A DNA stretch of 64,000 nucleotides, taken from the NCBI GenBank assembly GCA_963816355.1, contig CAWFKH010000002.1, positions 1-64,000 of the forward strand, read 5' to 3'. The stretch is from an uncultured Gemmatimonadales bacterium (lineage in GTDB: Bacteria > Gemmatimonadota > Gemmatimonadetes > Longimicrobiales > RSA9). Numbering within the stretch: position 1 is the first letter of the stretch; the number at the start of each line of letters is the position of its first letter. A program made the position numbers and the translations under genes. Under the pieces are notes generated by a model. It was given only the letters and a program-made list of their open reading frames with translations. It searched no databases and had not been told where the DNA came from. Positions 27,615-38,700 of this stretch are shown in pieces.

Positions 27615-28862
27615 TTACGCGGCCGCTGTCGTGCGGTCGCCGCCGAAGACGACGCCGCGCCGCTCGCGCCCGAGGAGCGCGACGACGCCGGCGAGGATGA
27701 AGACGACGCCGGCGGAGACGGCCATCGCGTGCGCGTACGTCGTGTGCTCGGCGACGCGCGCCTGCAGATACGGCATGGTGCCGGCGATGAGGGCGCCGCA
27801 CTGGTAGCCGAAGCCGGGCAGGAAGCCGCGGACGCCGTCGGGCGACAGCTCCGTGATGTGGGCGGGGATCACGCCCCAGGCGCCCTGCACCATGAACTGC
27901 ATGAGGAAGGCGCCGATCACCAGCACGGCGAGCGAGGGCGCGAAGGCCCAGATCGGGATCATGAGCACCGCGCCCAGCAGCGCGAGCGCGATCGCGCGGC
28001 GGCGCCCGATGCGGTCGGAGTAGAGGCCGAAGACGATGCCGCCCGCGATCGCACCGACCATCGAGAACGCCGTCAGGCCGGCACGCTGCGTGGGCGAGAA
28101 GCCCCAGTCGCGCTGCAGGAACGTCGGATAGAGGTCCTGCGTGCCGTGCGAGACCGCGTTCATCAGCGCCATGAGCAGCATGATGAACAGGAACAGACGC
28201 CAGTTCGCGGCGATCTCGCCGAAGAGGGACCGCCACGTCTCGTGACGGCTGCGCTCCCACACCTCGGACTCCTGGACGCGGTAGCGCACGTAGACGGCGA
28301 GCAGGGCGGGCACGCCGCCGATGAAGAACATCGGCCGCCAACCCCACGCGGGGAAAACGAAGAAGTAGCAGCCGGCGGCGAGCAGGTAGCCGAACGCGTA
28401 GCCCTCCTGCAACAGGCCGGAGAGGATGCCGCGCATGCGGGATGGCGCCTTCTCCATCGCCAGCGACGCGCCGACGCCCCACTCCGCCCCCATGCCGATG
28501 CCGAAGAGCGCCCGCAGCACCAGGAAGACGCCGTAGCTCGGCGCCAGCCCGGTCAGCACCTCGATGACAGAGAAGAAGACGAGGTTCAGCATGAGCGGCA
28601 GGCGCCGCCCGTATCGGTCGGCGACGAGCCCGAAGACGAGCGCGCCGACGGGCCGGAACGCGAGCGTCAGCGTCAGCGACAGCGCGATCGCGGCGTCGGA
28701 GCGGCCGAACTCCTGCGCGATCGCCGTGAGCGCGAAGACGACGAGGAAGAAGTCGAAGGCGTCGAGGGTCCAGCCGAGGAAGCCGGCGAAGACGGCGGGA
28801 GCGTGACCTCCGCGCGCCGCGGCGTCGCCCGACGTCGGAGGCACGGTCTGCGTCGCGTCCAT
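27615..28862 (-). CDS. MFS transporter (sialate/lactate:H+ symporter family)
   Basis: GWTLDAFDF, GMGAEWG, SHGTQDLYPT. Confidence 0.92.
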   Translation of the reverse strand: MDATQTVPPTSGDAAARGGHAPAVFAGFLGWTLDAFDFFLVVFALTAIAQEFGRSDAAIALSLTLTLAFRPVGALVFGLVADRYGRRLPLMLNLVFFSVIEVLTGLAPSYGVFLVLRALFGIGMGAEWGVGASLAMEKAPSRMRGILSGLLQEGYAFGYLLAAGCYFFVFPAWGWRPMFFIGGVPALLAVYVRYRVQESEVWERSRHETWRSLFGEIAANWRLFLFIMLLMALMNAVSHGTQDLYPTFLQRDWGFSPTQRAGLTAFSMVGAIAGGIVFGLYSDRIGRRRAIALALLGAVLMIPIWAFAPSLAVLVIGAFLMQFMVQGAWGVIPAHITELSPDGVRGFLPGFGYQCGALIAGTMPYLQARVAEHTTYAHAMAVSAGVVFILAGVVALLGRERRGVVFGGDRTTAAA

Positions 28863-29113
28863 GACGGAGCTCCGGGTGAGGTCGGGGTTCGCCGGCGGGT
28901 CGGCGCATTGTGGGGACGAGCCGGCCCGCGGCGCAAGACGACGTCGGGACCCGCGGACCTGCGCCCCTCCGCCACCCTCCGATGCCTGTCGGGCTTTCCC
29001 GCCCGCCGATCCACCTTTCCCCCACAGACTTCGGGAGCCACCCCGCCTATCGTGGGAGCGCGGGCCTGCCGCGGCGCTTCGCGGCATCGAGCCCCGAAAC
29101 GGAGGGATCGACC

Positions 29114-31576
29114 ATGCGCGAAGTCGCCGATCGTACGATGACGTCCGACGCGGCGGGAGCCGCCACGACGGCGGAATTGCCGCCGGCCACCTCGACGCCC
29201 GAGGCAGCGGGAGCCGACACGACGGCGAACGGGACGGCAGCCGCCCCTGCGCCCGCCCCCCGCGCGGCGGCGAGCGCCGGTCCCGAGCCGGCGGTGCTCT
29301 GGTTCGAAGACGTGAACAGGGGGGAAACGGCGCGGGTGGGAGGCAAGGGCGCGAATCTCGGCGAGATGACGGCAGCGGGGCTGCCGGTCCCTCCGGGCTT
29401 CGTCGTGACGGCGGAGGCGTATCGAGCGTTCATGGACGGCAGCGCGGCCGGCGCCGAGGTGCGGTCGCGCCTCGCCACGCTGGACGTGTACGATCCGGGC
29501 AAGCTCAGCGACGCCGCGCGAGAGCTGCAGGCGCTGGTGGTGCGAGCGCCGATGCCGGACGCCGTCCGCCGCGCGATCGTGCAGGCGTACGCGCAGCTCG
29601 CGGGCCAGGGCGGCAGCGACGCCTTCGTCGCCGTGCGCTCCTCGGCGACGGCGGAGGATGCGCCGGATTACTCGTTCGCCGGCATGTTCCGCAGCTTCCT
29701 CAACGTCTGGGGTCCGGAGGAGCTGGTCCGCACGGTGAAGGAGTGCTGGGCGTCCGCGTTCGGGGCGCGCGTGCTCTTCTATCGGGTGCGGCAGGGGATG
29801 ACTGCGGAGGGGCCGGTCGCCGTCGTGGTGCAGCGCATGGTGAACAGCGAGAAGGCGGGGGTGCTCTTCACGGCGAATCCTGCGACGAACGACACCGGCA
29901 CGCTCGTCGTCGAGGCGGCGTTCGGCCTGGGCGAAGTGGTCGTGGGCGGGCAGGTGACGCCGGACCGGTACGAGATCGACAAGGCGACGCGGGAGGTCGT
30001 ACGCCGCTCGATCGGGCGCAAGGACTTCATGATCGTCCGAGACGAAGCGAGCGGTCGCAACCGCCGCGTCGAGCGGACCGGGTCGGACGCCGCCGCCGAG
30101 GTGCTGACGGAGGCGGACCTGGCGTCGATCACGCGACTCGGCCTGCGTCTGGAAGCGCACTACGGCGCGCCGCAGGACGCGGAATGGGCGCTCGAGGGCG
30201 GCGACGTCTACCTCGTCCAGACTCGTCCGATCACGACGCTGCTCGAGCGCGGCAGCGGCGGCGCCGCCGCCGCCGCGGCCGAGGTGCTGGTGCACGGCCT
30301 CGGCGCGAGCCCCGGCTGGGCGAGCGGCCCCGTGCGGGTGCTGCCGTCGCCGGACGATGTCGCGAAGCTGCAGAGCGGCGAGGTCCTGGTCGCGCAGGCG
30401 ACGACGCCGGACTGGGTGCCGGCGATGCGCCGCGCGGCCGCCATCGTCACCGACGCGGGCGGCATGACGTCGCACGCCGCGATCGTCTCGCGCGAGCTCG
30501 GGATCCCGTGCATCGTCGGCGCCCGCGATGCGACGCGGACGCTGCACACCGGGCTCGTGGTGACCGTGGACGCCCATGAAGGGCGGGTGTTGCAGGGCGT
30601 GGTGGACGCCCCGGCCGCCGCCGCGCCGGCGCCGGACGGCGGCGAGGCGGCGGGGGCGGCGGCGGCGGTCACCGGCACGCGCGTGTACGTGAACCTCGCC
30701 GACCCGGATCGCGCGGTGGAGGTCGCCGCGCGGGATGTGGACGGGGTGGGGCTGCTGCGCGCGGAGTTCATGGTGCTCCGCGCGCTGGAGAACCGGCACC
30801 CGCGGGCGCTACTCGCCGAGGGCCGCGGCGCGGAGTTCGTGGAACGCATGAGCTCCATGCTGCGCACCTTCGCCGCCGCGTTCGCGCCGCGGCCGGTCAT
30901 CTACCGCGCCATTGACTTCCGCACCAACGAGTTCCGCGGCCTGGAAGGCGGCGCGGAGTTCGAGCCGCTCGAGTCGAATCCGATGATCGGCTACCGCGGC
31001 TGCTTCCGCTACACGCAGGAGCCGGATCTCTTCCGTCTCGAGCTGGAGGCGATCCGACTCGTGCGCGCCGACCATCCGAACCTGCACCTGATGCTGCCGT
31101 TCGTGCGCACCGGCCGCGAGTTCCGGGAGTGCAGGAAGCTGATCGACGAGAGCGGCCTCGGCGCCGACCCGTGGCTCGAGCTGTGGGTGATGGCGGAAGT
31201 GCCCTCCGTCGTGTACTGGCTGGAAGAGTACGTCGCACAGGGCGCGACCGGCGTGTCGATCGGCTCCAACGACCTGACCCAGCTCGTGCTCGGGGTCGAC
31301 CGCGACAGCGCGCGCCTCGCGTCGCTCTTCGACGAGCGTGACCCGGCCGTCCTGGACACGATCCGGCGCATCATCGCCGAGTGCCATCGCCTCGGCGTCA
31401 CCTGCTCGATCTGCGGACAGGCGCCGTCGGTCCATCCGGACTACGTCGACCACCTCGTCGAGTGGGGGATCGACTCCGTCTCCGTCGCGCCCGACGCGGT
31501 CGAGACCACGCGGCGGCACATCGCGGCGGCGGAGCGGAAGCTGCTCCTCGAGCGCGCCCGCGACGACGAAGCCTGA
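29114..31576 (+). CDS. ppsA: Phosphoenolpyruvate synthase
   Basis: VGGKGANLGEM, VAVRSSATAED, GGMTSHAAI, SIGSNDLTQ. Confidence 0.95.
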   Translation: MREVADRTMTSDAAGAATTAELPPATSTPEAAGADTTANGTAAAPAPAPRAAASAGPEPAVLWFEDVNRGETARVGGKGANLGEMTAAGLPVPPGFVVTAEAYRAFMDGSAAGAEVRSRLATLDVYDPGKLSDAARELQALVVRAPMPDAVRRAIVQAYAQLAGQGGSDAFVAVRSSATAEDAPDYSFAGMFRSFLNVWGPEELVRTVKECWASAFGARVLFYRVRQGMTAEGPVAVVVQRMVNSEKAGVLFTANPATNDTGTLVVEAAFGLGEVVVGGQVTPDRYEIDKATREVVRRSIGRKDFMIVRDEASGRNRRVERTGSDAAAEVLTEADLASITRLGLRLEAHYGAPQDAEWALEGGDVYLVQTRPITTLLERGSGGAAAAAAEVLVHGLGASPGWASGPVRVLPSPDDVAKLQSGEVLVAQATTPDWVPAMRRAAAIVTDAGGMTSHAAIVSRELGIPCIVGARDATRTLHTGLVVTVDAHEGRVLQGVVDAPAAAAPAPDGGEAAGAAAAVTGTRVYVNLADPDRAVEVAARDVDGVGLLRAEFMVLRALENRHPRALLAEGRGAEFVERMSSMLRTFAAAFAPRPVIYRAIDFRTNEFRGLEGGAEFEPLESNPMIGYRGCFRYTQEPDLFRLELEAIRLVRADHPNLHLMLPFVRTGREFRECRKLIDESGLGADPWLELWVMAEVPSVVYWLEEYVAQGATGVSIGSNDLTQLVLGVDRDSARLASLFDERDPAVLDTIRRIIAECHRLGVTCSICGQAPSVHPDYVDHLVEWGIDSVSVAPDAVETTRRHIAAAERKLLLERARDDEA

Positions 31577-31582
31577 GCGGCG

Positions 31583-31775
31583 CTACCGCTCGCCGAGCGC
31601 GTCGAGAGCGGCGACGTCGTCGTCGTCGAGCGCCACGGCGGCGGCAGCCACGTTCTGCTCGAGGTGCTCGACGCTCGAGGTGCCGGGAATCGGCAGCACC
31701 ATCGGCGAGCGTCGCAGGAGCCAGGCGAGCGCGACCTGCGACGGCGCCGCCTCCAGCCGCCGCGCGATGCGCCCG
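31583..31775 (-). pseudogene. C-terminal fragment of an aldo/keto reductase
   Basis: Manual translation [35 protein letters not shown]; no 5' part present. Confidence 0.8.
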
Positions 31776-31814
31776 ACGAAGAAAGGTCAGGTGGACCCCC
31801 CACCTGTCGCCGCC

Positions 31815-32099
31815 TCAACGCGACGCGTCGGTCTCGTGCCGGCAGACGTGCACCAGGCCCATCATCTTCGACATCACGACCTTCGTGCCGCGGTACGCTT
31901 CGCACATCCCCCGCGCGAGCTCGGGCGCGCCGACGTTGCGCAGGTCGGCTGGCACGATCGCCTCGAGCGTACGCCCATCGTCGAAGACGATCGTGACGCG
32001 GTCCGGATTCACGGCGGGGCGGGCGCACCCGGTGAAGGCCGGGAGCGCGAGCAGCGCCGGCAGCAGCGCGAGGCTCGCAAGCGTGCGGGTCCGCTTCAA
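31815..32099 (-). CDS. Small lipoprotein
   Basis: TTG start overlapping the upstream stop; lipobox FTGC. Confidence 0.6.
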   Translation of the reverse strand: MKRTRTLASLALLPALLALPAFTGCARPAVNPDRVTIVFDDGRTLEAIVPADLRNVGAPELARGMCEAYRGTKVVMSKMMGLVHVCRHETDASR

Positions 32100-32641
32100 G
32101 GGCCGGCGTCGAGCGTATCGGCGATCCGACCGGCCACGTAGCCGAGCGCGAAGAGCCCGGCGCCGGCGGCGCGAATCGCGAGCGCGGCGGCGATGCGCCC
32201 GACGGGGACGGGCCGTGTCTCGCGGCGCAGGGCCGGGTCCACGGTGGGCCGGCGGACGAGCGAGGTGCCAGGGACCGACGCAGGGGACGCGGACGGTGCG
32301 GGCGGTCGCGACGCGGCCGGCGCCGGAGGTCGGGACGCGGGCGGTGCCGGCGGTCGGCGGGTGCCGGTGCGCGGCAGGGCGAGCGGCAGGGGCCGCGGCA
32401 GCCATGGCGGCGAGGAGCGGCCGGCGGGGGAGCGGAGCAGCTCGGCGCCCGGCTCGCCGCAGTGGGCGCAGGGTCCCGTGCCGCCTTCATCGAGCGTGAA
32501 CCCGCAGAAGGCGCAGCGCGCGCCGTAGAGAGCGCGGGATGGAGGCGCCGCGAGGCTGACCATGCACCGAATCTGGGCCCGGGCGGTGTCGCGTGGCAAG
32601 CGGGTCGCGGTGCCGCGCGCGTCCGCCGCCGCCGCGCTCAT
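32096..32641 (-). CDS. Hypothetical Zn-ribbon membrane protein
   Basis: CAFCG...CAHCG, Pro-rich linker, C-terminal TM; ATGA overlap with the MFS gene. Confidence 0.6.
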   Translation of the reverse strand: MSAAAADARGTATRLPRDTARAQIRCMVSLAAPPSRALYGARCAFCGFTLDEGGTGPCAHCGEPGAELLRSPAGRSSPPWLPRPLPLALPRTGTRRPPAPPASRPPAPAASRPPAPSASPASVPGTSLVRRPTVDPALRRETRPVPVGRIAAALAIRAAGAGLFALGYVAGRIADTLDAGP

Positions 32642-34080
32642 GCGTCCGCGGCGCGGGCGGTGGCGACCGAACCGGCCGCGCCGGACTGCCGGCCGCGCTC
32701 GTTGCGACGCACGGTCTCGATCTCTTCCTGCCGTCCTTTGAGGCCGAGGGAGAGAAGGGAGAGGCCGACCATCGCGGCGCCGACGACGAGGAAGGCGAGG
32801 CCGAAGCCGCGGCTGCCGCCGCCGTGGGACGCGACGAGGGCACCGACGAGCGCGGCGCCGACGAGCTGCCCGATGCTGGTGAAGACGGTGAGGATCCCCT
32901 GGGCGGCGGCACGCTCGGACGCGGGCGCCTCATTGAGCATGACGTAGCGCAGGGAGGAGCCGAGGAGCGCCGCCAGGCCGACGCCGATCAGCAGCCCCGC
33001 AGCGTAGAAGACGGCGAGCGTGGCGGGGAAGAAGCTGACGAGGATCATGCCCGCGCCGATGAGCGCCGTACCCCCGACGACGATCGCCCGCGATCCGTGC
33101 CGGTCGAGGAGCCGCCCGGAGATTGGCGCGCCGATCGCCATGGCGACGACGATCGGCATGAGCATGAAGGCGGCGGTCGAGGCGCTGACGCCGAACGAGG
33201 CGACGAGCAGCGCGGGGACGAAGACGATCGACGATTCGCTGAGGCCGGCACCGAGGGCGAGCGCGCTGGCAAGGATCACCTGCCGTGAACGGAAGAGCGC
33301 GGGCCGCACGACCGGGTCGTCCGCCCTGCGCTCGACCGCCCAGAAGAGCGGCGCGAGCAGCAGCGCCGCGAGCAGATAGGGGAAAACCGCGGTCGAGCCG
33401 ACGCTGGTGAAGAAGTGGGCGGCGTCGATGCGGTTCACGCCGAACGCGAGCGCCGCGAGCACCACGCCGAGCAGCGTCATGCCGCCGATGTCGAACGCGC
33501 GCGCACCGGCCGGAGCGCCGGCGGGCAGCAGGCGCAGCGCGTAGTAGATTACCACGGCCGCGATCGGCAGGTTGACGAGGAAGAGCACCGGCCAGCCGAT
33601 CATCAGAAGGACCCCGCCGAGGATCGGCCCGACGAGGAACGCCACCCCGAACACGGCGCCGATCAGGCCCAGCGCGCGCCCCCGCTTGTCGAGCGGAAAG
33701 ACGTCCCCGATGACGGCGCTCGCGACCGGGAAGATGCCGCCGGATCCGAGGCCCTGGACCGCGCGCCCGCCGAGCAGGACGCCGAAGGTCGGCGACGTCG
33801 CCACGATCAGCGAGCCGAGCGCGAAGATGGCGACGTCGGCCACGTACACCGCGCGGCGCCCGAAGCGGTCCGAGAGCTTCGCCATCAGCGGCGTGCCGAT
33901 CAGGTTGAACAGCACGTAGATCGTCAGGACCCACGCCGCGGCACGGTCGTCCACGCCGAAGCCCCGCCGGATCGCCGGGAGCGCCGGACCGATGATCGCG
34001 ATGTCGAGCGCCCCCATGAGCACGCCGGCGAACAGCAGCCCCAGCAGCCGGTTGCGGTATCGTTTCTCCTCTGCTTCCAT
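32638..34080 (-). CDS. MFS drug:H+ antiporter (DHA2-like)
   Basis: LDIAIIGPALP, KLSDRFGRR, GPILGG. Confidence 0.92.
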   Translation of the reverse strand: MEAEEKRYRNRLLGLLFAGVLMGALDIAIIGPALPAIRRGFGVDDRAAAWVLTIYVLFNLIGTPLMAKLSDRFGRRAVYVADVAIFALGSLIVATSPTFGVLLGGRAVQGLGSGGIFPVASAVIGDVFPLDKRGRALGLIGAVFGVAFLVGPILGGVLLMIGWPVLFLVNLPIAAVVIYYALRLLPAGAPAGARAFDIGGMTLLGVVLAALAFGVNRIDAAHFFTSVGSTAVFPYLLAALLLAPLFWAVERRADDPVVRPALFRSRQVILASALALGAGLSESSIVFVPALLVASFGVSASTAAFMLMPIVVAMAIGAPISGRLLDRHGSRAIVVGGTALIGAGMILVSFFPATLAVFYAAGLLIGVGLAALLGSSLRYVMLNEAPASERAAAQGILTVFTSIGQLVGAALVGALVASHGGGSRGFGLAFLVVGAAMVGLSLLSLGLKGRQEEIETVRRNERGRQSGAAGSVATARAADA

Positions 34081-34173
34081 CTTTCCTTCGTCCAGGTTCA
34101 GCTCCGGCGCCGTCGATCCGGGCGCCCTTCGCGTCACAGTCGCGCGGGCGTGCCGGCGCAGCAACCCCGCGCT

Positions 34174-34659
34174 TCAGTCGAGCGGCGAGAGGCGGTGATA
34201 GGTCCGCTCGTGTCGCACCAGCGGCGCCGGATCCTCGCCCGGCTCCGCCTCCTCGACGCGCGCGATCACGAGCCGCGCGTCACCCGCCTCCACGTGGCGC
34301 ACGACGGAGCAGACGAGCGTCGCGTGCGCACCCGCGATGCGCGGCTCGCCGGCCGCCGGAAACGGAGTCGGCCCCACGGGGAAGGAGTCGGCGTAGAGGG
34401 TAGCGTAGCGACGCTGCCGCGCCGCCAGGATCGTCGCGACGAAGCGGACGTCCTCCTCGAGGAAGGGGAGCACCTGCGCGCCCGCGCCGAGCGCGACGAC
34501 GACGAGCGGCGGGCGCAGGGAGACGGAGGCGAAGGAGGTGGCGGTCGTCGCGTGGATGCGCGCGCCTTCCCGGACCGAGACGACGACGACGCCCGACGCC
34601 CAGCGCGCGAGCGCGGCCCGGAACTCGTCGGGCGTCACGCCGGCGCCGCGCTCGGGCAC
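34174..34659 (-). CDS. Flavin reductase-like protein
   Basis: FRAALARWASGVVVV, SFASVSLRPPLV. Confidence 0.88.
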   Translation of the reverse strand: MPERGAGVTPDEFRAALARWASGVVVVSVREGARIHATTATSFASVSLRPPLVVVALGAGAQVLPFLEEDVRFVATILAARQRRYATLYADSFPVGPTPFPAAGEPRIAGAHATLVCSVVRHVEAGDARLVIARVEEAEPGEDPAPLVRHERTYHRLSPLD

Positions 34660-34675
34660 GGCCCGCCTCCGGCCG

Positions 34676-35596
34676 CTACGACCGCACGAGGATCAGGTAG
34701 TGGCTGGCGGCCCAGAAGCGAGCGGGATCGGCGATGCGCAGCACGCCCTTGACGTGGCCATCCGCGTCCGGCGGCGTCTCGAGCGCCGTGACATCCTGCG
34801 GGCTCACGATCCTGTAGCGCGCCTCCGGGTCCGGCAGCGGGATCTCCATCGCCTGGCGGATGTCGATCGGCGTGAAGTAGGCGGGATCCGCGTCCGCGGC
34901 GGGGACGAGCACCTGGCCGCGCTTGCCGAAGATGAAGAGCACCCGGCTGCCGCCCTTCTCCTCCACGAGGCCGCGGCGGAGCAGGTCGTCCTTGGTGCCG
35001 ACGACGTAGTAGGCGGTGTTGGCGCGGGTCGATATCGCGGAGACGGTGTCGCTCAGCTCGGCGTTCTGCGTCGTAAGGTCCGTGTTGCGGCTCACGAGCT
35101 GCGTGTTCTGCTCCTGCAGACTGCTCACCTGCTCGGTGAGAGACGCGATCGTCTCCTTCTGGTTCGCCACGGTCTTCTGCAGGTCCGCGATCGTGCGGCG
35201 CAGCGTCGACGTCTGACCCCGCGCGGAGGAGAGGCGGTCCTGCGTGTCGGCGAGGCGCGCCTCGGCGCTGTCGAGCCGCTCGGTGAGGCCGCGGATCTGG
35301 ACGAGGATGCTGTCGCGCGTGACCGCCACCGGCACGTGCTCGCTACCGGGCGCCGGCGGCTTCGTCGTCTGCACACGGGCGATCTCGGCGGCGATCTCGC
35401 TCATCATGCGCGTGTCCGCCGCCACCTCGGACATCAGGCTGTCCTTCTGCGCGGCGGCCGCCTGCAGATCGGCGATCTGCTTCTTCGTCTTCTCCGACGG
35501 ACCGCACGCCGCGGCGGCCGCGGCGAGGGCAAGCGCGATCGGGAGCACGACGGCGCGCGGCAGCGCCGCCCGCGGCACGGTGGTTTCGAATCTCAT
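34676..35596 (-). CDS. Coiled-coil lipoprotein (Cbp1-like conserved protein)
   Basis: Lipobox AAAC, long coiled coil, NTAYYVVGT...FWAASHYL. Confidence 0.7.
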   Translation of the reverse strand: MRFETTVPRAALPRAVVLPIALALAAAAAACGPSEKTKKQIADLQAAAAQKDSLMSEVAADTRMMSEIAAEIARVQTTKPPAPGSEHVPVAVTRDSILVQIRGLTERLDSAEARLADTQDRLSSARGQTSTLRRTIADLQKTVANQKETIASLTEQVSSLQEQNTQLVSRNTDLTTQNAELSDTVSAISTRANTAYYVVGTKDDLLRRGLVEEKGGSRVLFIFGKRGQVLVPAADADPAYFTPIDIRQAMEIPLPDPEARYRIVSPQDVTALETPPDADGHVKGVLRIADPARFWAASHYLILVRS

Positions 35597-35707
35597 CGGT
35601 CTCGTCTCCGGACGGAGCGCTCCGCTTCCAATGGGTGCAGGCCGGAACATACGCGCGGCGCCGGCAGCGGACAATCACGTCGCGCGCGACGCCCGCCCCG
35701 TGGACCG

Positions 35708-38700
35708 CTACCGGTTCCCGCTCCCGGCGAGGGAGCGGAAGTACTCCTCCACCAGCTTGCGGAAACGCTCCGGAACCTCGCGGCTCCCCGACAGCAGCGC
35801 GCGCCGTTCGTCGTCCCCCTGCAGGCGTCGCCGCAACGAGAACTCGAACTCCTTGAGCCGCTGCACCGCATCCGCCTGCAGCCGCGCCAGCGCCGCCGGG
35901 TCGCGGTACGGCGCTGCGGTGGTCAACCTGCGCAGCGCCGCCCGCACGCCGTCCAGGTCCCCCGCGTCGATCCCCTCCGCCGCCAGCAGGCGCGCGAGCG
36001 AGTCGGCGTCCGCGAGGCGCTCGCGCGCCTCTCGCCGGAACTGCCGCACCGGGTCGGCTCCGAGCGCGCGCGGCGGGCCGCCGCCCGCGGCGCCGGACCG
36101 TTCACCGCTGCCCACAGCCTGCGGCGACGCGGCGGCATCCTGCCGCCCGCCGGGCTGCGCCTGCCCGCCGGCGCGCGCCGCCTCGCCGGCGTCCTGCATG
36201 CGCTGGCCCATTGCCTCGACGCCGGTGGCGAGGCGGCGCGCACGCTCGAGGGCGCGCTCGCGGCCGCGTCCTTCCTCGCCGGCGGCGGCGAGGGCGCGGC
36301 CGGCGCCGTCGAGCCGCGTCGCCAGGCTGTCGAGATTCGCCGTGATGTCGTGCTCGAGCTGGCGGCCGTACGTGGAAGGCGGGGCCGCCGCGACGCTCTT
36401 GGAAAAGCGGATCTTGTCCTGGATGCGGTCGTCGCGGATCGCCTTCGCGGCGTCGGCGAGGGGGCGGGCGGAGTCGCGCTGGGCGCCGCGCGCCGCGCCG
36501 GCGATCGCGTCGAGGTCGTGCTCGAGCTGGGCGACGCCGGCGGCGAGGCGGTCCTTCCGCTGCAGCAGGCGGTCGCGCTCCGCGCCGGCGGGGTTGCCGC
36601 GCCCGGCGAGGTCGCGGGCATCGGCCTCGACCGCAGCCTGCTCGGCGGCGAGGTCGGCGGCGCGTCGCTGCGCATCGGCGGCGGCGGCGGCGAGGCGGTC
36701 GGCGCTGCTCCGCTCCAGGAGCCGGCGTGCTCGATCGAGGCGGTCAGCCGCGTCGCGCGCGCCGGCGGCGGAGCCGTCCGCGGCGGAGCGGCGCATCGCG
36801 CCGGCCGCGTCGCGGAGCCTGTGCGCGGCTTGCTCGAGCGACTCGCGGCGCTGCGGGTCCTCGTGCGCGAGGCGCTCGAGGCGACGCGCCTCCGCGTCGA
36901 CGGAATCGGCGAGCTGGCGCTGGTCGGCGGCGGCGCCGCCTCCGCTGCCCGCGGAGCCCTGGCGGGAGAGGCGGCGCTGGCGCTCGGCGGCCTGGAGCTG
37001 ACGGCGCGCGAGCTCCTTGAGGCGCTCCATCGTCGCATCGAGCTCCTGCTGCGTCTGCTCGTCGCGGCCGCGCTGGACGCTCTCGTACTGGTTGCGGAGG
37101 CGGTCCATCTCGAGCTGGAACATGTCCGCGAGGTCGTCGGCGGTCTGGCCGGCGCCACCGCCGCCGCCGCCCTGCGAATCCCCGAGCGACACCTGCACGT
37201 CGCGGTACAGCTCCTCCGCGGCCTGGAGGTGCCGCAGCGCCCGCTGCTCCGGGGAGAGCGCCTCGGCGACACGGCCGGAGTCGAGCTGCGTCTCGGCCTC
37301 CATCATCGCCGCCGACGCGCGCGGCAGGACATCCATGATGCGCAGGAACGTCGAGTCGATCGTGGCGACGCGGCGCTCCTGCATGCGACGCACGAGCCCG
37401 TCCACCTCCCCGCGCAGCCGCGCCTGCGCGAGCTGGATCGTGGTGCGGTGCTCACGCCGGTCGTTCTCCGCCAGCGAAGGCGCGTCGCGCTTCAGGTTGA
37501 ACGTGGCGGAGATCACCTCCTTCTGCCGCTCCGAGAGCGCGCCATCCTGCTGCCCCTGGCCGCCGCCCGGCGCGCCGCGCTGCTCGGCGGCGTGATAGTC
37601 CTTCCGGAAGTCGCGGATGCGGACGAAGTAGATGTCGCTGGTGGTGGAGCCGGATGCGCGGCCGTCGGGTCCGCCGTCCGTGGCGCGGGCGTAGTAGGCG
37701 ACGAGGTCGCCCGGCTGCAGCCCCATCTCCTCGAGATAGAAGGTGCGGCCGGCGGAGACCTCGCGCAGCGGCGCCGCCTTCGGTGCGTACAGCCCCAGCG
37801 TCTTCTCCTCGCCGCCGTTGACGGCGTAGACGAGGTCGAGCCGGGCGACGCCGTAGTCGTCGGCGGCGCGCGCCTGCAGGAAGAGCTCGTCCACGTTCGT
37901 CGCGCGGACGTCGCGGCCCGGCTTGTCGAAGGTGACCGTGGGCGGCTCGTCCTCGAGGATCTCGATGGTGTGCTCGGGCGAGCCCTCGACGGGCCGCCCG
38001 TCCGGCGCCTGCAGTTCGACGTGGTAGCTGCCGGGCCGGTCGAGCGGGACGGCCGCGGCGAGGGCGAGCGGGCCGTCCGGCCGCAGCGGGAAAGCCCGCC
38101 CGTCGGCGCGCACGATGCGGCCGCCGGCGGCGGGGATCGTGGTGACGACGCGCAGCCGCGCGACCGTGCCGCGGAGCGCGGCGAGGTCTCCGGCGTCCTC
38201 GACCGTGCGCGGCGGCAGGTGGGCGTAGGCCGGGTAGCGGTACTCGACGTCGAGCCTGCGCGCGTACGGCAGATCCGCCACGTCGATGTGGTAGAGCGGC
38301 GAGCGCACGCCGCCCGCCTCGACGAAGTAGTCGGTGCCCCGCTGCAGGTCGAAGAGGATCGCGTCGAATGCCGCCGAATCGCCGGCCGTACGCGTCATCG
38401 GGACGCGCTCGTAGCCGCCGTCGGCGCCGCGCACGAGGAGGTCGGCGCCCCCGCTCGAGAAGCCGACGAGGCGCGCCGAAACCGCCTGGTCGGCGCCGCG
38501 CGCGACGGTCACGCTGCCGGGCCGCACCGCCAGCCGGTACGGCGCCACGTCCGGCGCGGCGCGCCACGGCTCGAGCAGCGCGCGCGCCGCGTGGCGCAGG
38601 AACGCCGGCCCGGCCGCGGCCGCGAACAGGCCGACGCCGGCCGCGACGACGATCACCGCGGAGGCCGCCCGCAGCCCGCCGCGCTCGATGCGACGGCCGT